From the NCBI GenBank assembly GCA_965261395.1, contig OZ253462.1, forward strand, positions 4,608,001-4,672,000: a stretch of DNA of 64,000 bases, in the 5' to 3' direction. This document shows, piece by piece, positions 1 through 9,885 of this stretch (position 1 is its first letter; every line of letters starts with the position of its first letter). The position numbers and the translations under genes were made by a program. The stretch is from Candidatus Latescibacterota bacterium. Its GTDB lineage: Bacteria; Latescibacterota; UBA2968; UBA8231. The notes beneath the pieces are model-generated. The model searched no databases and had not been told where the DNA came from. It saw only the letters and a program-made list of their open reading frames with translations.

Positions 1-1
1 C

Positions 2-316
2 CGCGATGGTCTCGCGCACCGAGATATTAGCCCCGGCGATATAGACGTAGCGGTGCCCTATCTCGCCGCTAGCCAAGCGCAAGAGCAGCTTGTTGAGCAT
101 CTCGTCGGCGCACGAGACATCCATAAAAGAAACGCGGGAAAAGTCGAGCGGCGTAGCCGAGTCGGCCGGGCCGCTGAGCAGGTGCTGCATCAATTCTTCA
201 AGCAGCTCGGCCCCGCGAGGCCGCCCGCTGAGTATGCCCTGTTCGCGGGCGAAAAGGTACGCGGGGGCTTGATATATGGCCTGTTGTTGTACGCGCTCTT
301 CAACGGCTGAATCCAT
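2..316 (-). CDS. STAS-like (DUF4325-type) protein, runs off the window edge
   Basis: Manual translation MDSAVEERVQQQAIYQAPAYLFAREQGILSGRPRGAELLEEL...LDFSRVSFMDVSCADEMLNKL; 'LDFSxVxxMDxSxADE' is STAS-like; lies downstream of a HATPase gene. Confidence 0.6.
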   Translation of the reverse strand, partial: MDSAVEERVQQQAIYQAPAYLFAREQGILSGRPRGAELLEELMQHLLSGPADSATPLDFSRVSFMDVSCADEMLNKLLLRLASGEIGHRYVYIAGANISVRETIA

Positions 317-369
317 GAGCCGCGCCTTTCCTGTCATTAAAAAACAGCTTAACTGTATCCAATTAAAGA

Positions 370-398
370 AACTTACGCGGGGATTTCCCGGCTGTCAA
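370..398 (-). promoter_or_regulatory. Putative sigma70 promoter
   Basis: Minus strand TTGACA-N17-TAAGTT upstream of the ATG at 316. Confidence 0.5.
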
Positions 399-593
399 GC
401 AAATTCTACCACAAAATGAGCGATGCGGAATTGGATGGATACCAATATGATGGGGCTAGAGGCCGGGAAACAAAAAGCCCACGGCTACGTATGCGGCCAC
501 GGCGAGGCTGGCGATGACCACTGCTAGGGCCAATAGCAACCAAGGCTCGTAGCGGGGCGGTTTGGGAGGTCTGTGATGCTGGCCGAACATCGC

Positions 594-1475
594 TTACTCG
601 CCGCCTTCCCGCTGGTAGAGTGCGATGGCAATCTGAGTGCCGGGAAAGTGGACCGAAGCGTGTTCCCAGTGTCGCCGACCGCGAATATAGACCCGCGTAT
701 CCCCCGAGCGGATGTGCAACGAGCCGTTGTAGCGATCGCAGATCTGATTGACGATATACAGCCCGAGGCCGCGGGTCGCGTCGCGGGAAAAGTGCTTCCG
801 CAACGAGTTGAGGATGGCCGTGCCGTGCGACCAATCCGCCGCGTCGTAGCGCACCGACAAGCTCTTCTTGATCCCGATCCCGAGGTCCCCCACTCCGATG
901 ACCACGTATTTCTTTCCGACCCGCGAGTCCAAGTAGCGCTGGGCTGTGAGGTAGCCCCAATTCTCGCTGTGATCGAGAATGTTGTGGCACAGCTCGGCGA
1001 CGACGTTTTTGAACTGGTTGATCTCCACTTCGGTGTAGCGCAGTTCCTCGGCCAGAATCGCCTCGACGCGCTGGCCGATCTTGCCCAACACGGTCTCGAT
1101 ATCCGCCCGCTCCTCAATCCGCGTGATTTCAAGCAGGGCCTCGCTCTCTTCCTTTTCCCGCTCCTGATCTACGATGAGCGTCGGTCCGGCCAGCTCAACC
1201 CCATCCACGGCCGCGGCGAAGCGCACCCTTCCCAGATAGGTGCGCAGTGCAAAGGCTTCGGGCAAGTGAAAGACGACCCGCGACGAGAGCGCGTCCCCGT
1301 AGCGCGCCATCAAGCACAAAGCCACCAAGCCGTAGGGGTCAATAAAGTGCAGGGGACGCAAATCGACCTCCAAGGGCTGCCCGGGCACGGCCCCGTGCGC
1401 GTAGTCAAGAAATTCTACGAGGAATTCGTCGGCTGTGCGCGGCGTCAGCTTGTCTGTTGGCAGGGCTAGGATCAC
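594..1475 (-). CDS. STAS-like domain + histidine-kinase-like ATPase (HATPase_c)
   Basis: N-terminal VDLRPLHFIDPYGL; N-box ELCHNILDHS, G1 DLGIGI, G2 RGLGL. Confidence 0.75.
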   Translation of the reverse strand: MILALPTDKLTPRTADEFLVEFLDYAHGAVPGQPLEVDLRPLHFIDPYGLVALCLMARYGDALSSRVVFHLPEAFALRTYLGRVRFAAAVDGVELAGPTLIVDQEREKEESEALLEITRIEERADIETVLGKIGQRVEAILAEELRYTEVEINQFKNVVAELCHNILDHSENWGYLTAQRYLDSRVGKKYVVIGVGDLGIGIKKSLSVRYDAADWSHGTAILNSLRKHFSRDATRGLGLYIVNQICDRYNGSLHIRSGDTRVYIRGRRHWEHASVHFPGTQIAIALYQREGGE

Positions 1476-1593
1476 GGCTGGCGTACTCTCCTTGCTTTAG
1501 GAAACAAAAATATACGCACTCGCTCGCACCTGCGCTCAAGGCACTTCCAGAAGCTATCTCATACCCTTGAATCCAGCCCCGCCGGCGAGCCAT

Positions 1594-2355
1594 TCATTGG
1601 TGGTGCGCCTCCTCCACTGGCGGCACTGGGGCGATCTCATGCGCCACCGAAAACGCAAACGAGGCGCTCGTCACCTCCTTGGGGCGGTCAAAAGCATCTA
1701 CCCGCAAGACCATATTTTCGATATCAACGGTGATCGCTCGCACCTCTGCGTGCAGCGGTGCAAAGACCACCTTGCCAGTATAGGCGTCCCCTTTAAACAC
1801 AAAGGTGTGCCGCCTGAACAACGCCTCCCGCACCAAGCCCATGCGTTCCTGATAGTAGTAGTCTTCATTCCCACCTTTGCCGCGCCGCTCCATGTAGTAG
1901 TGCTCAAAACTGTTGTCCGCATCGCGCTTGAGCACACCCCAGTATCTGTACTCGCCACCTCGGTCTGTACGCAGCACCATCTTCGCCGGATCGACCATCA
2001 CCTTGGGATGACTCTGATTGACCACCGTCATCTCAAAGACGGTAAAGCGCAGCGGCGCATAGCCCCGATCCAAGTCGCGGTCCTCTCCGTAGGTAAAGGG
2101 ATTCAGATTCGGCTCGCGGAAGGTAAAACGGGCGTACTCCCGATTCAGGGCCTGATCGCTTAGATAGCGCAGCTTGAGGCGGAACCCCTCCTGCTCGAAG
2201 ACTGTGGTACTATCCTCCGGGTCGAAGTAATAGCGACCATCCTCCAGCAGGCTCTCCTGCGGCACCACGCTCAGCGCGTAGCGCAAATCCGGCGGGAACC
2301 GAATGCAGCCAGCCGCCACAAGCAGCGCAAGCATACTCCATCCCCATGCCCTCAT
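1594..2355 (-). CDS. Hypothetical lipoprotein
   Basis: Start MRAWGWSMLALLVAAGC (lipobox); ATGA overlap with the upstream stop at 2352-2355. Confidence 0.65.
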   Translation of the reverse strand: MRAWGWSMLALLVAAGCIRFPPDLRYALSVVPQESLLEDGRYYFDPEDSTTVFEQEGFRLKLRYLSDQALNREYARFTFREPNLNPFTYGEDRDLDRGYAPLRFTVFEMTVVNQSHPKVMVDPAKMVLRTDRGGEYRYWGVLKRDADNSFEHYYMERRGKGGNEDYYYQERMGLVREALFRRHTFVFKGDAYTGKVVFAPLHAEVRAITVDIENMVLRVDAFDRPKEVTSASFAFSVAHEIAPVPPVEEAHHQ

Positions 2356-5300
2356 TCTGCGGCCACCTCGCCCAAGTACGTGCGGCCGATCATCTCTCGA
2401 TTGCTGCGGGCAAACTCCAAGGCGCGCCATTCTTCCTTTCTCCCCTCTAAAGCCGCGACAGCCTCCTCGTATGCTATCGCGGCTAGACGCCAATTGTCCA
2501 TCTGGTAATAGGAAACCCCGATATTGCACCGCGCCGCGGCCTCGCTGGGCGTGTTGGGGTAGCGCTCAATCACCTCCTCCAGCACCGCGATGGCCCGCAC
2601 AAACTCGCCCTCGTCGTAGAGCGCCATGCCCTCGCTGTAGAGCGAGTCGGCCTCCGCGTCTGCCAGATAGGCCAACAACTGGCGCGCTTGCACGGCCTCG
2701 GCCGTCTCCGGGAAGCGCTCTACCACTTGCTCGTAGAGCCGCGACGCCTTGAGGAATTGGTGGCCGTTGTAATAGTAATCGCCGATGTGCATCAGCCCCT
2801 GATGGGCGCGTTCGTGCTGGGGATACTGGCGCACCAAGCGCAAAAACAGGTCGCGCATCGGCTCGATGCGCTCCAGCTCCAACTGGCACCAAGCCGCCCC
2901 GTACAGGGCCTCGGGCGCGTCCTTGCTGTCCGGGTAAGAGCCGAAGACCCGCTCGTACCACGCCAGCGCCCGCTCGTACTCGGCCGTCTCGTAGTACAGT
3001 TCCCCGATCAGCAACTCGGCCTCCGGTGCCTGCGGCTGATCGGGATAGTCCGCGACCAACTCCTCAAAGGCCGTCTGCGCGGCCGCCTTCTCGCCCCGCG
3101 CCTGGAGGCTGTGCCCCAAGTAGAACAGAGCAGCGGCCCGCATCGCACGGCGCGGTGCCGTCTCCAAGACCGCGCTGAACGCTCTCTCCGCGGCCTCGTA
3201 ATCGCGCTCGCCCAAGGCCACGCTACCCAGCTCAAAATGGAATTCAGCCGCCTTCTCTGGGGCCGATGTCCGCGCCAACCCCTCTTCCAAAGCCGTCCGC
3301 GCCGCAGCCAAGCTGTCTTGGGCCACCAATGCCCGACCCAGCAGAAGCCACGCGCGGTCTTCGTGCGCCAGCAAGGGCCGAACTTGGGCGGCTGCCTGCG
3401 CGGCCTCACCTTGATCCAAATACCACTGCCCCAGCCCCAACAAGCCCTCGACGTGCGTAGCCTCGTTTTCAACCATCGCCCGATAGACCCGTTCCATGCG
3501 CCCGCTGTCCTCCAAGGTCTGAGCACACGCGCTCATAGCCTGCAACAGGGTGCGCTGCTGGTCGCCAGCCAATGCACCCGCCTGCCAAGCGGTCTCCCAC
3601 TCCTCCCACGCGGCTTCGTACCGCTCGGTCTTGTACAAGCTCCAGCCCAACCCCACTTGCGCCGCGGCCGCCGTAGCTCCCTCCAACTGCGGCAGGGCCT
3701 CGCGCAACAACGGCAGGGCCTGCTCGTGTTCGCCTTGTCTCTGGTACAACAACCCCAACTGCGCGGTAAGCTCGGCATTCGGGGTCTGCGCGATCTGCCG
3801 CGCAATCAGCTCTATGGCCTCATCGGCCTTGCCCGCCTCGACGTGCAGTTGCGCCAGTTCCAACTGGGCGTACGCGTACTGGGGCTGGGTCGGGGCGATG
3901 GACTCCAGCACCCGGCGCGCTTGCTCGCCGCTCCCGGCCTGCCGGTAGCGCCGGCCCAGCACCAGCGCGGCCAATCCGCGCACATCCTCGTCGGTACATT
4001 GGGTCAAGATCTGTTCGTAGAGTGCGTCGCTCTGCTCGTGGCCTAGGCGGGCAATCTCCAACAGGGCGCGGCAGGCCAACTCCGGGGCAGCCTCTCCGGC
4101 CACGACCTGCTCAAACTGCGCTACGGCCGCGGCCGAGTCACCGAGGGCCTGATGGATCGTCCCCTGCCAAAACCGGGCCTCAGCTTCCAAATACGACCCC
4201 ACCTCCCCGTACAGGGCCAGTGCCTCGGCAAACCACACGTCGGCACTGTCGGCGATCGCACTCTCCTCCCCCATCAACCGCAGACACTCGGCCTGGCGGA
4301 ACACGGCTTCGTCCATGGACACCCCGGCCGCATCGACAAACGCCCTATAGGCTGTCAAGTAGAGCCGATGCGCCGCCAGCGCCTCCCGGTAGCGTCCTTC
4401 GTCAAACAGCAAGCTCATCAACCCGGCCTGCATCCGCGCCCGGAACGCCGGCCGCTCGGCCTGCTCGGCTGCATAGCGATACACCTCCAAGCTGGCATCC
4501 ACCCCGTGCGCGGTCTGGGCCAACAGGGCCTGCCGCACCCACGCCTGCTCGGCGAGCTGCGGCTCCTGCGAAAAGTCCCGGCTGACCTTCTTGTACGCGG
4601 CCAGCGCCTCCGCATAGCGGCCCAGCGCCTTGAGCAGATCCCCGCGCTTGATCCAGGCTTGGGCCGCCAGCGTACGCCGCGACTGCCCTTCGCGCAATCC
4701 GGCCAAGGCCACCGCCCGCTTCTCCGCGTCGTCCATACCCGCCGGGTCGTAGGCATCGGCTAACTCCCCAAATACCGCCAGCGCTTCTTCATACCGCTCT
4801 AACGCCTCCAGCGCCAACCCCATCTGCAACCGCGCCCGATCCGCCCGCATCCCCGCTGGCGCGTCCTGCAAATATGCCCCAAAGGACTCCACCGCCTGCG
4901 CGTACTCCTGCTGATAAAACCACGCCCACCCTAGCGTATAGCGCGTCCGCTCGGCATAACGCCCCTTGGGAAACAGGCGCAACAACACCTGACCGGCCGC
5001 GGCTGCCTGCGCGTACTCCTCGGCCTCAAAAAAGCACTCCACCACGAGGTACGCCGCGGTCTCGCGCAATTCAAAGCCCGCCTCATCGCGCAGCACAGCA
5101 AAGCGGTCCGCCGCTTCTTTCAAGGACGCCGTAGCTAGCCCAGCCAGCGAGTCTGCTGCGACCGAATCAGCCAGCGCGGCCTCCTCCTGCAACAACTGCG
5201 CCTGCTTGCGGCCCATGTTGGCCAACTGATAGCGCGCGGCCGCTTGGACGCCCACCGCGTGCTCATCCACGACCACGCGCACCGCCGAGGCGCGCATCAG

Positions 5301-5474
5301 CGCCCCGTCCGACACCGCTAACACGCCCTCGTATATCCGCTGCGCCCCGGCAAAGTCGCCGGTGGCCAAAAGCTTTTGCGCCCGCACAAAGCGCTTGCCC
5401 AAGTCCTCTGGATTGGTCACGAACTGGCTGCCGGCCACCAAGCCGGCCAGCACCAAGGGAAGCCAAATAGCCAT
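2352..5474 (-). CDS. Large secreted TPR-repeat protein (BamD/YbgF-like repeats)
   Basis: 1040 aa, signal peptide, many TPR motifs (e.g. ALFYLGHSLQARGEKAAAQTAFEELVADYP). Confidence 0.85.
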   Translation of the reverse strand: MAIWLPLVLAGLVAGSQFVTNPEDLGKRFVRAQKLLATGDFAGAQRIYEGVLAVSDGALMRASAVRVVVDEHAVGVQAAARYQLANMGRKQAQLLQEEAALADSVAADSLAGLATASLKEAADRFAVLRDEAGFELRETAAYLVVECFFEAEEYAQAAAAGQVLLRLFPKGRYAERTRYTLGWAWFYQQEYAQAVESFGAYLQDAPAGMRADRARLQMGLALEALERYEEALAVFGELADAYDPAGMDDAEKRAVALAGLREGQSRRTLAAQAWIKRGDLLKALGRYAEALAAYKKVSRDFSQEPQLAEQAWVRQALLAQTAHGVDASLEVYRYAAEQAERPAFRARMQAGLMSLLFDEGRYREALAAHRLYLTAYRAFVDAAGVSMDEAVFRQAECLRLMGEESAIADSADVWFAEALALYGEVGSYLEAEARFWQGTIHQALGDSAAAVAQFEQVVAGEAAPELACRALLEIARLGHEQSDALYEQILTQCTDEDVRGLAALVLGRRYRQAGSGEQARRVLESIAPTQPQYAYAQLELAQLHVEAGKADEAIELIARQIAQTPNAELTAQLGLLYQRQGEHEQALPLLREALPQLEGATAAAAQVGLGWSLYKTERYEAAWEEWETAWQAGALAGDQQRTLLQAMSACAQTLEDSGRMERVYRAMVENEATHVEGLLGLGQWYLDQGEAAQAAAQVRPLLAHEDRAWLLLGRALVAQDSLAAARTALEEGLARTSAPEKAAEFHFELGSVALGERDYEAAERAFSAVLETAPRRAMRAAALFYLGHSLQARGEKAAAQTAFEELVADYPDQPQAPEAELLIGELYYETAEYERALAWYERVFGSYPDSKDAPEALYGAAWCQLELERIEPMRDLFLRLVRQYPQHERAHQGLMHIGDYYYNGHQFLKASRLYEQVVERFPETAEAVQARQLLAYLADAEADSLYSEGMALYDEGEFVRAIAVLEEVIERYPNTPSEAAARCNIGVSYYQMDNWRLAAIAYEEAVAALEGRKEEWRALEFARSNREMIGRTYLGEVAAE

Positions 5475-8095
5475 CAGCGATCGTACCCCGCGATAACCGA
5501 GATAAAAAACCGCGACACCCCCCCATCCCGCGTCCGCGCCACGGCCGGATCGGCAAATTCCTCGTGGCGCAACTCAATCCCGGTGTTGGAAACAATAGTG
5601 TAGCCGATGTACGTGCCCCGCACCGTGAACATCAGCACCGAACTCGCCGAGCGCAGCTCGCGCTCCCGATCCACCCGGTCGATAAAGCGGAAGGCCAGCA
5701 CGGGCAACAACGTGCGCGTAAACGGCACCCCCATCCCCTGCTGGCCAAATTGCACCAAGGTATTCTCCGTCAACCGCCAATCCACCCGCAGAATGGGCGC
5801 GATCTGGTTCCACGACTCCACCGCCCGCCGCCGGTCGCTGGCGGTGACGTGCTTGTACAAATGCTTGATCATGGCTTGGACGCGCAGGCGGGCCAATTCG
5901 TAGGTGTAGTCGGCCTTATTGACCATCGTGAAGGTTTGCACGCGGGCATCGGCCGCCAACTGCCGATTCAAGATCCACTGGGCGTTGTTTTCAAGGTGGA
6001 GCTGGTCCAGCCGCGCCAAGCGGGTGCCGACAAACGAGGTATGCACCCACGAGTCGGCCATCAGCAAGGCATCGGGCGTGGGCGGCTGGTTCGGGTTGTT
6101 GTTCTCACCGGCGCGGAAGACATACACCGAGTCCGGCACCGTGTCCTCGACCCGCTTGGTGTCGTGGTCGAGCTGGACTTGCCCCCAACGCGGCACGTCA
6201 AAGCCATAGGACACTCGCCCGTAGCGCGACACCGCCCGCCCCGGCCCGGCGATCTCGTCCTGGCGATAGTAGCCCAGCCCAGCCGACAGACCGCGCCAAT
6301 CCGGCAGGGCGACAAACCCGTGCAGGCCGCGCCGGTCGCGGTCGTAGGGATAATCTGGCTTGTTGTCGTTTTCGCGCTCGTCAATCACGCCGTTGTTGTT
6401 CAGGTCAATGCCATAGACAAATTCCTGCGGGTCGGAGTAGTAGAGCAAAAACGGCTCCTCAAAATCGGGCACTCCATTGGCGTTTTTGTCGTCGTCCGGG
6501 ATGTTGTCGTTGTCCTCGTCTAGCCCGGGGAATACGCCAGACTCGGTCTCCGAGCCGTTGGGATAATCGCGCAAATTGTCGTCGGCGTAGCGGTCGTTGT
6601 CGTCGTTGTCATCGACCAAGGGGAACTCGGACAGCATTTGTTGATCTTGGCTTTCGCCGCCCAAGTCCGTGTAGAGCCGCACCCCGCCGCGCCGGCTGTC
6701 GTACCCGCCGCCGTAGCGCGGCCCCATGCGGAAGAGTTCCCCACCCACTTCCCAGCGACCGACGTCCTTGAGCGCGTTGACGTACCACGCGGCCGCCCGC
6801 CGCTGGTCGCGCTGGCCACGCAGCACCGGGAAGCTGCGGTAGAGCAAGTTGCGCTGGTATTCGCCGCGCACCTTCAGGCCGACAAACGTGGCCTCCGCGT
6901 CAAAGCCGAAAATCGTCTGGCCGGTGGAAAAGCCATGCTCAAACTCCACGGCCCGGCGGTTGGAAAAATCCCGCACCTCCCCCGCTGCCCGCGCCCGCGT
7001 CTCAAAGGGTGTGTTGCGCGGCGTGAACTGATTGCGCAGCGCGTCGAAAAAGGGATGCTGTTGCGCCACCTCAATGCGGTAATCGTTGGCCACTAACGCC
7101 CGCACCCGCGCCCGGCGCAGCGCGAAATCCTCTGGCACGACGAACAGGTATTCCACCGCCTCCTCGCCGCGCACCTCCCGGAAACCATCGCCGCGCCGCC
7201 CACCCAACACTTGCGGTTGCAGACCCGGCGCAAAACGGTCGTCGGTCGGGTCGCTGCTGATCGTCGCCGCGCCCTCCGGCCCTTCTCCTTCCAACTCAAT
7301 AACAATGTCGTACACGATGGCACCGGCCTCGTCGCTTTGCGGCGAGTCGTCGCGCACGCGCACGGTGATCTCGCTCGGCGGCTGCATGGCCGGATAGGGA
7401 ATACCACCGCTCAAAAAGCCGCCGGAGCTGCCCCGAGCCGTGTTGGCCTGATGTTGGTTGACAAAGGTCGCGCCAAAGCGCAGCACATCGCCCAGCCGGG
7501 TCTGCCAGTGGCCGGCGATATTGTACACTGGGTTTTCTTCGGTGCGCTCCAAGAAGTCAATGAGCGACCCCCGCCCTTGGGCTACCGGATCGGAAAAGCT
7601 GTTGAGCGTGGGAAACAGCGAAGAGTCAAAGCCGCGCGTGGTCAGCAAGGTAATTTTGTTGGCCGGAAAGACCACGTCCCAGCGCAAGCCATTAAAGCCG
7701 GCCTGCCGCAACGTCAACGGCGTAAACTCCGTGCGCACCTCGTCGCCCACGGTCAAAGACCAATGCCACGGGCCGTAGCTATCGTGGGCGATGATCAGGT
7801 TGTTGAGCGAGCGGTAGAGTCGGTCCTTGCGGATGCGGCTGCCGCCGGGCCGCTGCTCGTCCAACTCATAGACGAGGAAGCCCTCGGCGAGGAAGCGGCC
7901 GAGGAAGTCGTAGCGCGGGGCCAAGCGGATCTCGCGGCGATAGGGCCGGTAGAGGTCTTCGCCGTAATTGGTGTATGCGCTCAGGGGTGGGCGGCGCAAA
8001 AAGTGACGCGAGGGTTGGGCGTCGGGCAGATCGGCCGACAGGGGACGCCCGGACAACAGCAAGGCGAGCAAAAGAATCCAGCGGCGGGCGATCAT
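5474..8095 (-). CDS. Secreted/outer-membrane protein with acidic Ca-binding-like repeats
   Basis: 873 aa, signal peptide, DDNDDNDRYADD / DEDNDNIPDDDKNANGVPD / DLNNNGVID motifs, beta-strand-rich C-terminus. Confidence 0.7.
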   Translation of the reverse strand: MIARRWILLLALLLSGRPLSADLPDAQPSRHFLRRPPLSAYTNYGEDLYRPYRREIRLAPRYDFLGRFLAEGFLVYELDEQRPGGSRIRKDRLYRSLNNLIIAHDSYGPWHWSLTVGDEVRTEFTPLTLRQAGFNGLRWDVVFPANKITLLTTRGFDSSLFPTLNSFSDPVAQGRGSLIDFLERTEENPVYNIAGHWQTRLGDVLRFGATFVNQHQANTARGSSGGFLSGGIPYPAMQPPSEITVRVRDDSPQSDEAGAIVYDIVIELEGEGPEGAATISSDPTDDRFAPGLQPQVLGGRRGDGFREVRGEEAVEYLFVVPEDFALRRARVRALVANDYRIEVAQQHPFFDALRNQFTPRNTPFETRARAAGEVRDFSNRRAVEFEHGFSTGQTIFGFDAEATFVGLKVRGEYQRNLLYRSFPVLRGQRDQRRAAAWYVNALKDVGRWEVGGELFRMGPRYGGGYDSRRGGVRLYTDLGGESQDQQMLSEFPLVDDNDDNDRYADDNLRDYPNGSETESGVFPGLDEDNDNIPDDDKNANGVPDFEEPFLLYYSDPQEFVYGIDLNNNGVIDERENDNKPDYPYDRDRRGLHGFVALPDWRGLSAGLGYYRQDEIAGPGRAVSRYGRVSYGFDVPRWGQVQLDHDTKRVEDTVPDSVYVFRAGENNNPNQPPTPDALLMADSWVHTSFVGTRLARLDQLHLENNAQWILNRQLAADARVQTFTMVNKADYTYELARLRVQAMIKHLYKHVTASDRRRAVESWNQIAPILRVDWRLTENTLVQFGQQGMGVPFTRTLLPVLAFRFIDRVDRERELRSASSVLMFTVRGTYIGYTIVSNTGIELRHEEFADPAVARTRDGGVSRFFISVIAGYDR

Positions 8096-8107
8096 AAGAA
8101 TCTCCTT

Positions 8108-8137
8108 CGTAGGGGCGACCGGCCGGCCGCCCCTACG
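8108..8137. repeat. REP-like palindrome (GTAG type)
   Basis: CGTAGGGGCGACCGGCCGGCCGCCCCTACG, 30-nt near-perfect palindrome. Confidence 0.65.
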
Positions 8138-8246
8138 GACGGTCGTTTCCGTGTCGGTGCAGGACTCATCCCCCCGGCCCCCTTTGCGAGGAGGAAAATT
8201 GTGATAAAACCCTAGCTGATGCGGAAGGGAGTTCGGGGATTAGGTC

Positions 8247-9824
8247 TCACATCCCCCAAACGTCGATCTCGACGCCTAGGTCGGACGCCTGGCGGCAGTG
8301 AAACACCTTGTCGTCCCAACGCCTGTTTTCACGTCGGTCGAATACCACCAGATGCCCTCCCTCGGCCGCGCACCGATCCATGTACTCAGCCGTCTGTTCC
8401 AATCCCTCGGCAACCGTCTGCTCCAAACTCTTATGCAGAATTTTGCATTCGATCACAACTTTAAGCATCTGCTCGCCCTGCGGCCACACGATCAGCAAGT
8501 CCGTCCGCATCCGACCCAAGCCGTATTCGCGCTCAATCCGGCCGCCGCTGTTGACAATCCGCTGCAAAAACGCCTGCAGTAGCAGTTGCGGACCCGCTTC
8601 CTTGTACTGGAATCGCTCCACCCAGTGCTCCGAGTGCTCGCGGAAAAATTGCTGAAACGACGCCAGCAGCTTGCCCACATCCAACCCACCGGCCGCATCC
8701 ACATACCACGCCACGTCCTCGGCAAGGCCTGCTTGGGTGGCATAAGTCAGTTCGCGCGGCACCACTTCCGCGTAGATCGGATTGGCCATGCGCAGCGGGT
8801 CATCGAGGGCGATTAAGCCCAAGTCGCGGACGTATTCCAGATCCCGCGCCGAAAACGCGCTCTGTTCGGCCCCGCTCAGCAGCGGCTCCACCACCCTCCG
8901 CACCCGCTCCTCTTGCAGCTTGTCGGCCAACTGATCTAAGTGCGTCTCGCGCCGCAAAATGAGCTGTTCGTGCGCGATGCGGAGGGCGGCGGCGTCAATG
9001 GGGCGGGAACGGTCAGACCCCGCCTCGTGCTCAAAGCAGGTTTCGTAGGCCAAAGCATTGACCAGCCACGGCTGCCCTTGCGTCTGCGTCCAGACCGCGT
9101 CCTCCGCCTCGGCCGTAAACGCTTGGCCTGTTTCTTCCGTGTGCTGCCTCAGCAACGCCAGCACCTCCTGCTGCGAAAAGTCACTCAATCGCAGCGACCG
9201 CGCCTTGATGTTGAACGCACTGCCGCCGGCGATGATCGCGTTTTCCGCGGTCGATTGAATGCGGTAATCGCGCACATCGCGCACCCCGCACAGCACCACG
9301 CTCTGCGGAAAACCCTCCGGCCGCAGGTCGTAGCCCGCCCGCAATTGACGCAGCACCGACAGCAACGAATCGCCGATGAGGGCGTCAATCTCGTCAATCA
9401 GCAGCACCAAGGGCTTGGGATCGGCCTCCGACCAGCGCGTCAACGCCTCCTGTAACGCAACACCCGGCCCGACCTCGGCGAGGAGGCCCGGCCAGACCTT
9501 GCCCAAAAATTCGTCGCCCAGTGTCAAGCGTGCCCGAGACGCAAGCGCTCCCAAAACGGTGCGTATCACCTGTTCTACATTCTCGCGCCCGGCTTGCCCG
9601 CCTTCCACATTGACGTACACGCAGCGGTAATCGCCTCGGGCATTGAGCAGGTCGCGCAGCGCCAGCAGTGCCGACGTCTTGCCCGTCTGCCGTGGCGCGT
9701 GCAGCACGAAGTACTTTTTTTGCCCGATGAGGGTCAACACCCCATCCAAATCCAAGCGCTCCAACGGCGGGATATGGTAGTGGTCGTCAGGCCGGATGGG
9801 GCCAGCCGTGTTGAAAAAACGCAT
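8247..9824 (-). CDS. AAA-like ATPase with C-terminal PD-(D/E)XK-like domain ('MRFFNTAGP' family)
   Basis: Walker A APRQTGKT, Walker B LLIDEID, C-terminal RTDLLI...VIECK. Confidence 0.85.
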   Translation of the reverse strand: MRFFNTAGPIRPDDHYHIPPLERLDLDGVLTLIGQKKYFVLHAPRQTGKTSALLALRDLLNARGDYRCVYVNVEGGQAGRENVEQVIRTVLGALASRARLTLGDEFLGKVWPGLLAEVGPGVALQEALTRWSEADPKPLVLLIDEIDALIGDSLLSVLRQLRAGYDLRPEGFPQSVVLCGVRDVRDYRIQSTAENAIIAGGSAFNIKARSLRLSDFSQQEVLALLRQHTEETGQAFTAEAEDAVWTQTQGQPWLVNALAYETCFEHEAGSDRSRPIDAAALRIAHEQLILRRETHLDQLADKLQEERVRRVVEPLLSGAEQSAFSARDLEYVRDLGLIALDDPLRMANPIYAEVVPRELTYATQAGLAEDVAWYVDAAGGLDVGKLLASFQQFFREHSEHWVERFQYKEAGPQLLLQAFLQRIVNSGGRIEREYGLGRMRTDLLIVWPQGEQMLKVVIECKILHKSLEQTVAEGLEQTAEYMDRCAAEGGHLVVFDRRENRRWDDKVFHCRQASDLGVEIDVWGM

Positions 9825-9845
9825 CTCGTTTCTCCTTGGGAGTTA

Positions 9846-9878
9846 GGACCTACCCCTGAGAGGTTAGAGGGTAGGTCC
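9846..9878. repeat. 10-bp inverted repeat
   Basis: GGACCTACCC-N13-GGGTAGGTCC. Confidence 0.5.
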
Positions 9879-9885
9879 GCCGTAC

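Noticed and set aside
2688-8215. Long plus-strand ORFs (e.g. 2688..4046, 5564..6523, 7211..8215)
   Set aside because: Antisense shadows of GC-rich genes with no recognisable motifs
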